Source: Candidatus Eiseniibacteriota bacterium
GTDB taxonomy: Bacteria; Eisenbacteria; RBG-16-71-46
Assembly (NCBI GenBank): GCA_044222065.1
Contig: JBGAOA010000002.1
Span: 64,001-128,000 of the forward strand
Direction: 5' to 3'
Length of the DNA stretch: 64,000 nucleotides
Below are positions 49,817-59,400 of the stretch, one piece after another. Each line of letters starts with the position of its first letter. The stretch's first letter is position 1. The notes under the pieces were generated by a model. The model was not told the origin of the DNA and did no database searches. It was given only the letters and a program-made list of their open reading frames with translations. The translations under genes and the position numbers were made by a program.

Positions 49817-52467
49817 GCACGGTGCCGGCCGCGAACAAGGGCGCGTCGCGCGCCGCGGGGCGCACGCCGCTCATGGAGCAGTACCTGCGGATCAAGTCCG
49901 AGAACCCGGATGCGCTGCTGTTCTTCCGGCTCGGCGACTTCTACGAAATGTTCTTCGAGGACGCGGTCGAAGGGGCACGCCTCCTCGGGCTGACGCTCAC
50001 GTCGCGGAACAAACAGGATCCGGAGCCGGTGCCGATGTGCGGCATCCCCTGGCACCAGCGCGACGGATACGTGGGACGGCTGCTGCGACTCGGGCGCAAG
50101 GTCGCGATCTGCGACCAGCTCGAGGATCCGGCGCAGGCGAAGGGGCTCGTGCAGCGCGGCGTGACCGAGATCCTCACGCCGGGCTCCGTGACGAACGACC
50201 AGTTCCTGGAGCCGGCGGCGAACAACTTCCTCGCCGCGCTGTGGCCCGAGGCCGAGCGGCTCGGCGTGTGCCTCGCCGATGCCTCGACCGGCGAAGTGCG
50301 CCTCGCCGAGTGTTCGTGGGGCGAAGCGCCCGGACTGCTCGCGCGCGCGCGCGTCGCGGAGTGGCTCGTGCCGGTCGCGGCCGACGTGGGCGCCGAGCGC
50401 GCCGAGCGGCTCGACGCCGCGACGCGCGGGCTCGGTGGCGCGCGCTCGCCGGTGCCGGGCGCCCGCTTCGCGCTCGCCGAACTCGCGAGCGCGCGCTGGG
50501 GCGAGCGCGCGTCCGCGTTCGCCGACCTGCCCGCGGCGCTCGCCGCGGCCGGCGCGGCGCTCGACTACCTCGACCGCATGCAGGGCGGACGCGCGTCGCA
50601 GCTCGTGCGCGTCGAGCGCTGGGGCGAGGAGGAGGCGCTGCGTTACGACGCCGCGACGGCGCGCCATCTCGAGCTGTTCCAGCCGCAGCCGGGCGGCGAG
50701 CACGAGCACACGCTCTGGCACCACGTGAACCTGTCCGTGACGGCGCTCGGCGCGCGGCGGCTCCGCGCCTGGATCGAGCGGCCGCTGTGCGCGCTCGCCA
50801 CGCTCGCGGATCGTCACGACGCGGTCGAGCGCTGGCAGCGAGCGGCGGAGCGGCGCGCCGCGTTCCGCGACGCGCTGCGCGGCCTGCCGGACCTCGAGCG
50901 GCTCGCGGCGCGCCTCGCGTGCGCGCGCGCGACGCCGCGCGATCTCGGTGCGCTGCGCGACGCGCTCGGCCGCCTGCCGTCGCTCGGCGCGAGCCTCGCC
51001 GAAGCAGGCGTCGGCGATCCGCGGCTGCTCGATCAGCCGGGGCTCGCGGAACTGCACGCCGATCTCGTCCGGGCGCTCGTGGACGAGCCGCCGCCGGTGT
51101 CGAAGGAGGGCGGCGTGATCCGGGCGGGCTACGACGCGCATCGCGACGAACTCGACGACCTCGCGCACTCGGGCAAGCGCTGGGTCGCGTCGCTCGAGGC
51201 CACCGAACGCGAACGCACCGGGATCTCGAGCCTCAAGGTCGGGTACAACCGCGTGTTCGGCTACTACCTCGAGGTGACGAAGACGCATCTGGAAAAAGTC
51301 CCCGCGGACTGGGACCGCCGGCAAACGCTCACGAACGCGGAGCGGTTCGTGACGCCCGCGCTCAAGGTGCGCGAGCAGGAGATCCTGAGCGCCGAGGACA
51401 AGCTCGCCGCGCGCGAGCACGAGCTGTTCGTGCAGCTTCGCGAACGCGCCGCCTCGCGCGCCGCGGAGATCACTCGCGTCGCCGAGACGCTCGGCCGCTG
51501 GGACGCCGAGGCTGCGCTCGCCGAGGCCGCGACGCGCCACGGCTGGGTCCGGCCGCAGATGGAGGACTCCGACCGGCTCGAGCTCGAGGACGCTCGACAT
51601 CCGGTCGTCGAGCGGCTGCTGCCGCGCGGCGAGTTCGTGCCGAACGGCGTGCGGCTCGATGGCGCCGCGCGCCAGATCCTGCTGCTCACGGGGCCGAACA
51701 TGGGCGGCAAGAGCACCTACCTGCGCCAGATCGCGCTCGCCGTGCTGCTCGCCCAGTGCGGTTCGTTCGTGCCGGCCGGGCGCGCGCGCATCGGCGTCGT
51801 CGACCGGCTCTTCACGCGCGTCGGCGCCGCCGACCGGCTCGGCGCCGGGCAAAGCACGTTCATGGTCGAGATGACCGAGACCGCCGACATCCTGCGCTCG
51901 GCGACCGCGCGCTCGCTCGTGCTGCTCGACGAGATCGGCCGCGGGACCGCGACGTACGACGGCCTCGCGCTCGCGTGGGCCGTCACGGAGTTCCTGCACG
52001 CCGCGGACGGTCCGCGGCCGCGCACCGTGTTCGCGACGCACTACCACGAGCTGACGCAGCTGTCGGAGAAGCTGCCGCGGCTCGCAAACGTGCACGTCGC
52101 GGTGAAGGAGTGGGGCGAGGGCGTCGTGTTCCTGCACCGCATCGCCGAGGGCGCCGCGGACCGTTCGTACGGCATCCACGTCGCCCAGCTCGCGGGACTT
52201 CCGCCCGCGGTCATCGAACGAGCGAAGGTCGTGCTCGAGGAACTCGAGAGCGAGCGGACCGCCGAGAACCTCGAGCGCGTGTCGCGGCGCGGGCGCCGCG
52301 CGCCGGACCCGAACCAGCTCGGGCTGTTCGGCGCGGCGCCGGTTCCCGCGGAGCATCCGATCGCCGCGGAACTCGAGGCGCTCGATCCGGACGCGCTCAC
52401 GCCGCTCGAGGCCCTGCGGCGGCTCGCGGAGTGGAAGCGCCGCTACGGGAGCGGGACGGAGCGCTAG
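49813..52467 (+). CDS. mutS: DNA mismatch repair protein MutS
   Basis: TPLMEQY, FFRLGDFYEMF, TGPNMGGKSTY, STFMVEM, DEIGRGT, FATHYHEL and SYGIHVAQLAG. Confidence 0.97.
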   Translation: MSTVPAANKGASRAAGRTPLMEQYLRIKSENPDALLFFRLGDFYEMFFEDAVEGARLLGLTLTSRNKQDPEPVPMCGIPWHQRDGYVGRLLRLGRKVAICDQLEDPAQAKGLVQRGVTEILTPGSVTNDQFLEPAANNFLAALWPEAERLGVCLADASTGEVRLAECSWGEAPGLLARARVAEWLVPVAADVGAERAERLDAATRGLGGARSPVPGARFALAELASARWGERASAFADLPAALAAAGAALDYLDRMQGGRASQLVRVERWGEEEALRYDAATARHLELFQPQPGGEHEHTLWHHVNLSVTALGARRLRAWIERPLCALATLADRHDAVERWQRAAERRAAFRDALRGLPDLERLAARLACARATPRDLGALRDALGRLPSLGASLAEAGVGDPRLLDQPGLAELHADLVRALVDEPPPVSKEGGVIRAGYDAHRDELDDLAHSGKRWVASLEATERERTGISSLKVGYNRVFGYYLEVTKTHLEKVPADWDRRQTLTNAERFVTPALKVREQEILSAEDKLAAREHELFVQLRERAASRAAEITRVAETLGRWDAEAALAEAATRHGWVRPQMEDSDRLELEDARHPVVERLLPRGEFVPNGVRLDGAARQILLLTGPNMGGKSTYLRQIALAVLLAQCGSFVPAGRARIGVVDRLFTRVGAADRLGAGQSTFMVEMTETADILRSATARSLVLLDEIGRGTATYDGLALAWAVTEFLHAADGPRPRTVFATHYHELTQLSEKLPRLANVHVAVKEWGEGVVFLHRIAEGAADRSYGIHVAQLAGLPPAVIERAKVVLEELESERTAENLERVSRRGRRAPDPNQLGLFGAAPVPAEHPIAAELEALDPDALTPLEALRRLAEWKRRYGSGTER

Positions 52468-53108
52468 CGCCGGGCGCGGCGGGCGCCGCGAGGCGCCGAG
52501 AGCGCGAGGCTCGCCGCGCGAGCCGTGCCGCCGCGCGTGGCGCCCGAGGGACGCGAGGCGCCGATCTCGCCCGCGACCGTCGCGAGCGGGATGAGCGCGG
52601 TCGCGGCGGCGCGGTCGGCACGGACATCCGCCTTCGGGGGCGCCGCGGGCTGGTCCTTGCGCCACGCCATCAGCCGGCGGAAGTGCCCGGGGCGTTCGCG
52701 CGCGAGCCATGCCTCGAGTTCCTCGGCGCGGCGGAACGTCGCCCGCGTTTCGGCCACTTCGACGCGGCGCTCGCAGCCGCGCGGGTCGTACTCGCGGCAC
52801 AGCACCGGGTGACGTCCGTGGATGTCGCAGCGGCCGGTCGAGTTCAGCTGGCGGCAGCGCGTCCAGACGAGCAGGTACCACGCCTCGGGCGACTCGACGT
52901 ACATCTCGATGCCGTCGTGGTGGAGCGCCCAGATCCACTGGTCGTATTCCCACGGGCTGCGCGGCGCGTCGACCTCGATCGAGATGTACGTGCAGCAGCG
53001 AACGCAGCCGGCGCACAGGTCCGCGTTCTCGGCGGACGAGAGTTCGCGGGCGCCGCGACGGTCTTCGGGCGGCGTCGCCTGCGGTCGGGTATTCCGGGTT
53101 CGTGCCAT
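52464..53108 (-). CDS. YkgJ family cysteine-cluster (CxxCxxCC) protein
   Basis: CAGCVRCC...C.QL...C.IH..HP.LCREY; GGAGG RBS. Confidence 0.85.
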   Translation of the reverse strand: MARTRNTRPQATPPEDRRGARELSSAENADLCAGCVRCCTYISIEVDAPRSPWEYDQWIWALHHDGIEMYVESPEAWYLLVWTRCRQLNSTGRCDIHGRHPVLCREYDPRGCERRVEVAETRATFRRAEELEAWLARERPGHFRRLMAWRKDQPAAPPKADVRADRAAATALIPLATVAGEIGASRPSGATRGGTARAASLALSAPRGARRARR

Positions 53109-53156
53109 GCGCCTCCGTTCTTACCAGACGGAGGGTCGCGCGGGGAAGGGGCGGCG

Positions 53157-53504
53157 CTACTTGTCGAACATCTTCGAGGCGCCCTTCCAGATCATGCTGA
53201 CGACCGCGAGCACGAGCGAGGCGATCACGAGCGTCGGCACGCCGTGGATCGTGAGCCCGGGGACGAGGAAGTCCACGAGCGCGAGCAGCAGGGCATTCAG
53301 GACGACGAGGAACAGCCCGAGCGTCAGGATCGTGAAGGGCAGCGTGAGCAGGAACAGGATCGGCCCGACGATCGTGTGCACGACGCCGAACGCGAACGCG
53401 GCGACGAACGCCGAGAGCGGCGTCGCGAGCTGGAAGCCCGGCAGGTAGAACGCGATGCCGAGCATCGCCGCCGCCATCACCACGAAGTACAGGAGATGCT
53501 TCAT
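53157..53504 (-). CDS. YvlD/DUF360 four-TM ('phage holin family') membrane protein
   Basis: ILFLLTLPFTILTLGLFLVVLNA motif. The start overlaps the stop of the upstream gene. Confidence 0.85.
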   Translation of the reverse strand: MKHLLYFVVMAAAMLGIAFYLPGFQLATPLSAFVAAFAFGVVHTIVGPILFLLTLPFTILTLGLFLVVLNALLLALVDFLVPGLTIHGVPTLVIASLVLAVVSMIWKGASKMFDK

Positions 53505-55354
53505 CGCAGGCCCTCCAGGACGGCGAGACAGTTTTCGTAGCGGCCGAACGATGGCATCAGGTAGACGCCGTTCGCGAGGCCGCGGCACTCGGCCAGCAGC
53601 TGGCGCGCGAGTTCGACGCCGACCTTCTGGCCGTCGTTTCCGGCGTCGTGCATGCGCTGGCGGATCCACGCGGGAACGGTGATGCCCGGAACCTCGTTGT
53701 GCAGGAACTCGGCGTGCCGGAACGACTGGAGCGGCAGGATGCCGATGAGCACCGGCACGGAGGTGATCCCGCCGAGCCGCTCGACGAATCGCTTCCAGCA
53801 GTCGAGCTCGTACACGGGCTGCGTCATCAGGAACTGGGGTCGCGCCTCGAGCTTCTTCTTCACCCACTCGAACTCGCGGTCGAGGTCGTCGGCCGTGGGG
53901 TTCACGCCGCAGCCGTACGCGAAGTTCGTCGGCGAGCCGATGGACGTGCCGGCCTGGTCCGTGCCGCGGTTCATCTGCTGGACGATGCGCATGAGGCCCG
54001 GAGCGTCCGTGTCGAACACGGCCGTCGCGTTCGGGTAGTCGCCGAGGCTCGGCGGATCGCCGGTCAGGCAGAGCACGTTCCTCAGGCCCAGTGCGTGCGC
54101 GCCGAGCAGGTCGCTCTGCAGGCCCATCAGGTTCCGGTCGCGGCAGGTGACGTGCAGGATGATGTCGAGCGACGGCACCTGAGTGCGGATCTGGTAGGCG
54201 AGAGCCGTCGCGCTCATGCGGATGCGCGCCATCGGCGAGTCCGCGATGTTCACGCAATCCACGCCGCGCTCGGCCATGAGGCGCGCGCCTTCGAGCACCT
54301 TCGCCGTGTTGATGCCGCGCGGCGGGTCGATCTCGACGCTCACGACGAACTTCTCGCGCAGCTTTCGCAGCAGCGCGGGCTCCTCGCCGGGCGCGCTCGG
54401 CGGCGCGGTCTCGGGGGCGCGTTCGAGCACGCGCACCTCGGCGCCGGGCGCGAGCTTCTCGACGGGCAGGTGCGTCGCGAGGCGTTCCCGCATGGCCGCC
54501 ACGTGCGCCGGGGTCGTGCCGCAGCAGCCGCCGACGAGGCGCACTCCGAGTTCGGTCGCCCGCGCCGCGAACTCGGCGAAGTACTCGGGGCTCGACAGGT
54601 AGACGAAGCGCCCGCCCGAATACTGCGGCAGCCCGGCGTTCGGCATCGCGGACACCGGCGTGTCGCCGGCGGCGGCGAGGACGTCCTCGAGGATTTCGAG
54701 CGTCGGCTGCGGGCCGACGCCGCAGTTCACACCCACGACGCTCGCGCCCTCGCCGCGCAGCGCGCGCACCGCGAGCGCCGGCGTGTGTCCGTAGAGCGTC
54801 TTGCCGTCGAGCCCGAACGTCATCTGCGCGACGACGGGAAGGTGCAGCGACGCCCGCCGCACGGCGCGCAGCGCGGCCAGGATCTCGTTCAGGTCCTGGA
54901 AGGTTTCGAGCAGGAACAAGTCCACGCCGCCCTCGAGCAGTCCTTCGGCGACGGCGAGGAAGTGGCGTTCGGCATCGAGGATCGAGATCGAGCCGAAGGG
55001 TTCGAGCGGCTTTCCGAGCGGGCCGATCGAGCCCGCGACGAAGGCGGGGACGCCGACGATCTCGCGCGCGGCGCGGGCGATCTTCGCGCCCTGGCGCGCG
55101 ATGAGGCGCGCCTGGTCGGGCAGGCCGTGCTCCGCGAGCCGCACCGCGTTCGCGCCGAACGTGTTCGTTTCGATCAGCTCGGCGCCGGCCGTGAGGTAGT
55201 CGCGGTGCACGGCCTCTACGCGGAGCGGCTCGGTCAGGTTCAGCTCGTCGAACGAGCGGTCGTAGGCGACGCCGCGCTCGTTGAGGAGCGTGCCCATCGC
55301 ACCGTCGGCGAGCAGCGGTCCGCGCGCGAGGCGTTCGAGGAAGGACGAGGACAT
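53501..55354 (-). CDS. Bifunctional homocysteine S-methyltransferase / methylenetetrahydrofolate reductase (YitJ-like)
   Basis: DGAMGT, ETNTFGAN, GVNC, PNAGLP and GGCCGTTP, then VEIDPPRG, NIADSP, CRDRNL and TQPVY. Confidence 0.93.
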   Translation of the reverse strand: MSSSFLERLARGPLLADGAMGTLLNERGVAYDRSFDELNLTEPLRVEAVHRDYLTAGAELIETNTFGANAVRLAEHGLPDQARLIARQGAKIARAAREIVGVPAFVAGSIGPLGKPLEPFGSISILDAERHFLAVAEGLLEGGVDLFLLETFQDLNEILAALRAVRRASLHLPVVAQMTFGLDGKTLYGHTPALAVRALRGEGASVVGVNCGVGPQPTLEILEDVLAAAGDTPVSAMPNAGLPQYSGGRFVYLSSPEYFAEFAARATELGVRLVGGCCGTTPAHVAAMRERLATHLPVEKLAPGAEVRVLERAPETAPPSAPGEEPALLRKLREKFVVSVEIDPPRGINTAKVLEGARLMAERGVDCVNIADSPMARIRMSATALAYQIRTQVPSLDIILHVTCRDRNLMGLQSDLLGAHALGLRNVLCLTGDPPSLGDYPNATAVFDTDAPGLMRIVQQMNRGTDQAGTSIGSPTNFAYGCGVNPTADDLDREFEWVKKKLEARPQFLMTQPVYELDCWKRFVERLGGITSVPVLIGILPLQSFRHAEFLHNEVPGITVPAWIRQRMHDAGNDGQKVGVELARQLLAECRGLANGVYLMPSFGRYENCLAVLEGLR

Positions 55355-55363
55355 GGGCGGCGG

Positions 55364-55456
55364 ACATTAGGCAGTCGGCCCGCACCCGGCAAGCGGAGCG
55401 ACGCGGGCGCGAAGCGGGCGGCGGGCGTTGGCCGCGTCCCGACGCTCTGATAGAGT
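55364..55456. promoter_or_regulatory. Divergent -10 elements
   Basis: Minus-strand TAATGT (55369-55364) lies 9 nt before ATG 55354. Plus-strand TGATAGAGT (55448-55456) lies 8 nt before GTG 55465. Confidence 0.45.
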
Positions 55457-55464
55457 CGCGCGCC

Positions 55465-57264
55465 GTGATCCATATCTGTTCGCTCGCGATCGTCCTCGCC
55501 GCGCTCGGCGGCCCTCGCGCCGCCGTTCCGACCCTCGGGCCCGACGACGTGCGCGCGGGCCAGCGCGCCACCGTGCGCACGGTGTTCGCGGGCGACAGCA
55601 TCGAGACGTTCGACGCCGAGATCGTCGGGCTGCTCCGCAGCGGGCGCGTGGACGGCGACCTGATCCTCGCGAAGCCCGTGGACGCGCGCGCGAAGCACGT
55701 CGGCGTCGCCGCCGGCATGAGCGGCTCGCCGGTCTACGTGGACGGCAAGCTGATCGGCGCGCTCGCGTATGGCTGGCCGTTCTCGCGCGACGAGATCTTC
55801 GGGATCACGCCGATCGGGGAGATGCTGCCGATCCTCGAGTTCCCGGCGTCGCCGGACACGAACGCCTCGGGCCCCGCCGGCGCCGATCCGGGCGCGCCGC
55901 GCTCCGGCGCGCGCTTCGCCGAGTTCCGCTGGGGCGGCGACGATGCGGCGGACGGCGAGGCCGCTCCGCCCGCGGCCGGCCAGCCCGCGCCGCTCGCGGT
56001 GCCGCTCGTCGCGAGCGGATTCGCCCCGTCCGCGCTCGCAAGCCTCGGGCGCGACCTCGCGCCGCTCGGACTCGCGGTGACGCGCGGCGGAGCGACGCGC
56101 GGCGGCCCGTCGCCTGCGGCGCCGCTCGAACCCGGCGCGGCCGTCGCCGTGGACGTGCTCACGGGCGATCTTCGGCTCTCGGCGATCGGAACGCTGACGT
56201 ATCGGGACGGCGATCGCGTGCTGATCTTCGGGCACCCGTTCTTCCAGGCGGGCGACCTGCGGCTGCCGCTGTCGCGCGCCACGATCGCGACGATCCTCGC
56301 GAGCGACATGAGTTCCTTCAAGCTCGGGATGCCGGGCGACCCCGTCGGCGCCGTGACCCAGGACCGGCGCACGGGTGTCGGCGGACGGCTCGGGCTCTCG
56401 CCGCGTCTCATGCCGTTCACCGTGCGCGTGCGCGAGAACGACGGGCCCGAACGCGCGTTCCGCTTCGAGACCGTCGAGGATCGCGCGCTCGCACCGATCC
56501 TGATCGCGAACGCCGTCTCGAATTCGATGCTCGAGGCGGGCGGCACGAACGGCTCGCAGACGGTCGAGTGGGAGGCGACGCTCTACCGCCGCGGCGCCGC
56601 GCCGCTGCGGCTCGCGGACGTCGCGGCGAGCGAGAACTCGTTCGGCGAGTTCGTCGGCGGGATCGTCTCGCCGCTGCGGTTCCTGTACGCGAATCCGTTC
56701 GGGCGCTTCGCGCTCGACAGCCTCGCCGTGCGGGCGCGCGTGCGCTCGGGGCGCGCGGCGTGGACGCTGCGCAGCGCCCGGCTCGACGGCGCCTCGGTCG
56801 CGCCCGGCGGCCGGCTCGGCGTCGTGTGCGAACTCGAATCGTGGCGCGGCGGACGCGAGACGCGGCGGCTCGAACTCGAAGTGCCGCGCGAACTGCCCGA
56901 CGGACGCTACGTGCTGTTCGTCGGCGGCGGGCCCGACCTGACGCGCTACGAGGCCTCGCGGCTGCCGTCGCGCTTCCGCCCGACGTCGCTCGACGACGCG
57001 TGGGCGCGCTTCGGCGCGCTGCGCACCCAGAACGCGCTCTACGCCACGCTCGTCGCGCGCGCACCGGAAGTGACGCGCGACGCGCGCGACTACCCCGAAC
57101 TCCCGCTCTCGGCGCTGGCGCTGCTCGGCAGCGGGCCGGCCGCGAGCGACGGATCCCGCCGGGGCGACTCGGCACTGCTCTCGGAAACGCGCGCGACGCT
57201 CGGCGGCGCGCTGCGCGGCGGACTGCTGCTGCAGGTGCAAGTCGACGCGCGCACCCCCCAATGA
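55465..57264 (+). CDS. SpoIVB-like peptidase S55 domain protein
   Basis: Signal peptide, AAGMSGSPVYVDGKLIGAL, AIGTLTY.DGD.VL.FGHPF and a C-terminal beta domain. Confidence 0.88.
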   Translation: MIHICSLAIVLAALGGPRAAVPTLGPDDVRAGQRATVRTVFAGDSIETFDAEIVGLLRSGRVDGDLILAKPVDARAKHVGVAAGMSGSPVYVDGKLIGALAYGWPFSRDEIFGITPIGEMLPILEFPASPDTNASGPAGADPGAPRSGARFAEFRWGGDDAADGEAAPPAAGQPAPLAVPLVASGFAPSALASLGRDLAPLGLAVTRGGATRGGPSPAAPLEPGAAVAVDVLTGDLRLSAIGTLTYRDGDRVLIFGHPFFQAGDLRLPLSRATIATILASDMSSFKLGMPGDPVGAVTQDRRTGVGGRLGLSPRLMPFTVRVRENDGPERAFRFETVEDRALAPILIANAVSNSMLEAGGTNGSQTVEWEATLYRRGAAPLRLADVAASENSFGEFVGGIVSPLRFLYANPFGRFALDSLAVRARVRSGRAAWTLRSARLDGASVAPGGRLGVVCELESWRGGRETRRLELEVPRELPDGRYVLFVGGGPDLTRYEASRLPSRFRPTSLDDAWARFGALRTQNALYATLVARAPEVTRDARDYPELPLSALALLGSGPAASDGSRRGDSALLSETRATLGGALRGGLLLQVQVDARTPQ

Positions 57265-59396
57265 CCGGAGGTCGAGTGAATCCTCGCCTGTCGCGCGCCG
57301 TGGCGCGCCTCGTGATGCTGTTCGCGGCGTCGGCGTTCGCGTGCCCGGCGTCGGCGTCCGACACGCAGTGGTGGATCGCCGACACGGCGCCCGACTACGC
57401 GAAGGCCGAGGCGCGTGGGGCCGCGGTCACGCCCGAGGGCGTGATCGAGCTCGGACCCGCGACGCGGCGGATCGCGCTCGACAGCCTCGCGATCGCGTGG
57501 TCCGCGGTGCGGCTGCCCGACGGCGCGGTTGCGATCGGCGGCGAGCGCGGGCGCATCGTCCGCTACGAAAGCGGCGCGGTCCGTCCGTGGGTGCGGCTTC
57601 CGGTCGGGCAGGTGCTGTCGCTCGCGTGGATGAACGGCGCGCTCTACGCGGGCACGGGCCCCGAGGGCCTCGTGTACCGGATCGGCGCGAAAGGCGACAC
57701 GGCGCTCGTCGCGCGCACGGGCGAGCGCTACGTGTGGGGCCTCGCCGCGGGCTCGAACGGCGCTCTGTGGGCCGCCACGGGTACGCGCGGACGCCTGCTG
57801 CTCATCGAGGGCGGCAAGGTCCGCACGATCCTCGACTCGGACGAGAGCAACCTGACGTGCGCGCTCGCGGACGGGCGCGGCGGCGCGTGGGCGGGAGGCG
57901 ATTCCAAGGGCCGCGTGTTCCACGCCGGCGCCGACGGCGCGCTCGCGACCGTGCTCGATGCGTCCGAGGACGAGATCCGCGCGCTCGCGCTCGGAGCGGA
58001 CGGCGCGCTGTACGCGGCCTCGCTCAGCGGCTCCGCGGTATCCGACGACGAGGGTGATGCGAACGAGCAGCCGGCGCCGGCGAAGAGCGCGGTGAGCGGC
58101 GGTCGCGCCGTGGTCTACCGCATCGTGCCGGACAGCCTCGTCCAGACGTGGTGGACCGCGCCGCAGCCGTTCCTGTTCGCGCTCGCGCCCACGCCGCTGG
58201 GGCTGCTGGCCGCGAGCGGAAACCGCGCCGGCGTCTATCGCCTCGATCGGGCGCAGGGCGCGACGCAGCTGCTCGCGGCGAACGAGGGGCAGGTCACGGC
58301 GCTCGTCGCGCTCGGCGACGGCGCGGCGCTCGCGGTGTCGTCCAATCCCGGCGCCGTGTGGGTGCTCGGCCCGGGCCGGGCCGCGAAGGGCGAGCTGACG
58401 GGGCCCGTGCTCGACGCCCGCCGCATCGCGTCGTTCGGCCGGCTCGACTGGCGCGGTTCGGCGAACGGTGGATCCGTGTCGCTCTTCGCGCGCTCCGGGA
58501 ACGCCGATCCCGCCGACACGACCTGGAGCGCGTGGCGCGGGGGCGAGGCCGGGACCGCGGGACGCCCGGTGGAAGCGCCGGCCGCGCGCTACCTGCAATG
58601 GAAGGTCGTGCTCGAGGGCGGCGCGCCGTCGGTCGACGCGGTCCAGGCGTCGTGGCGCGAGCGCAACCTTCCGCCGCGGCTCGAGGACCTCGTGATCGCG
58701 CCGCAGGGCGGGGCGTTCCGCGAAGGCGAACTCACGCCGAGGCTCGAGAGCGTCACGCAGACGCTCCCGGGCGGGCAGAAGGTCGAGTACTCGATCCCGC
58801 CGAGCCAGCAGACGAAGGCGCTGCGCGCGCTGCCGGCGTGGGCGCGCGGCCTGCGCACGCTGCAGTGGAAGGGCAACGATCCGAACGGCGACGAGCTGAC
58901 GTACCGCGTGGACGTGCGGCGCGAATCCGACGGGCGCTGGATCGAGATCGGCAAGGACCTCGAGGCGACGTCGTTCACGTGGGACACGAACGCGCTGCCG
59001 GACGGGCGCTACCGGCTCCGCGTCACGGCCTCGGACGCGCGCTCGAACGCGCTCGGCGAGGAGCGCCGGGACTCGACGTTCAGCGAGCCGTTCAACGTGG
59101 ACAACTCGCCGCCCTCGATCGGCGCGTTCGCGGTGCGCCCCGATCGGGGCGGGATCGCGTTCGAGGGCGAGGCGAGCGACGAGGCGAGCCCGCTGTCCCG
59201 GATCGAAGCGTCGCTGGATGACGACGACTGGCGGCTCGTCGCGCCGGAGGGCGGACTGACCGACGCCGCGCGCGAGGCGTTCCGCGGGCGGATCGACGCC
59301 GCGGCCGGGGCGCACACGCTCGCCGTGCGCGTCACGGACCTCGCCGGCAACAGCACGGTGCGGGCGCTGCCGGTCACGGTGACGGCCGCGCGCTGA
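57261..59396 (+). CDS. Secreted beta-propeller plus FN3/Ig-domain protein
   Basis: Repeated LYAGTG..G.VY blades, RSGN..P.D.TWS.W, ARYLQWK, DPNGDEL.Y and LPDGRY..RV.ASD. The start overlaps the S55 stop. Confidence 0.8.
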   Translation: MTGGRVNPRLSRAVARLVMLFAASAFACPASASDTQWWIADTAPDYAKAEARGAAVTPEGVIELGPATRRIALDSLAIAWSAVRLPDGAVAIGGERGRIVRYESGAVRPWVRLPVGQVLSLAWMNGALYAGTGPEGLVYRIGAKGDTALVARTGERYVWGLAAGSNGALWAATGTRGRLLLIEGGKVRTILDSDESNLTCALADGRGGAWAGGDSKGRVFHAGADGALATVLDASEDEIRALALGADGALYAASLSGSAVSDDEGDANEQPAPAKSAVSGGRAVVYRIVPDSLVQTWWTAPQPFLFALAPTPLGLLAASGNRAGVYRLDRAQGATQLLAANEGQVTALVALGDGAALAVSSNPGAVWVLGPGRAAKGELTGPVLDARRIASFGRLDWRGSANGGSVSLFARSGNADPADTTWSAWRGGEAGTAGRPVEAPAARYLQWKVVLEGGAPSVDAVQASWRERNLPPRLEDLVIAPQGGAFREGELTPRLESVTQTLPGGQKVEYSIPPSQQTKALRALPAWARGLRTLQWKGNDPNGDELTYRVDVRRESDGRWIEIGKDLEATSFTWDTNALPDGRYRLRVTASDARSNALGEERRDSTFSEPFNVDNSPPSIGAFAVRPDRGGIAFEGEASDEASPLSRIEASLDDDDWRLVAPEGGLTDAAREAFRGRIDAAAGAHTLAVRVTDLAGNSTVRALPVTVTAAR

Positions 59397-59400
59397 GACC

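Noticed and set aside
53157..53504. Prophage, from the 'phage holin family' gene
   Set aside because: YvlD-like proteins are commonly chromosomal, and no other phage genes are nearby.
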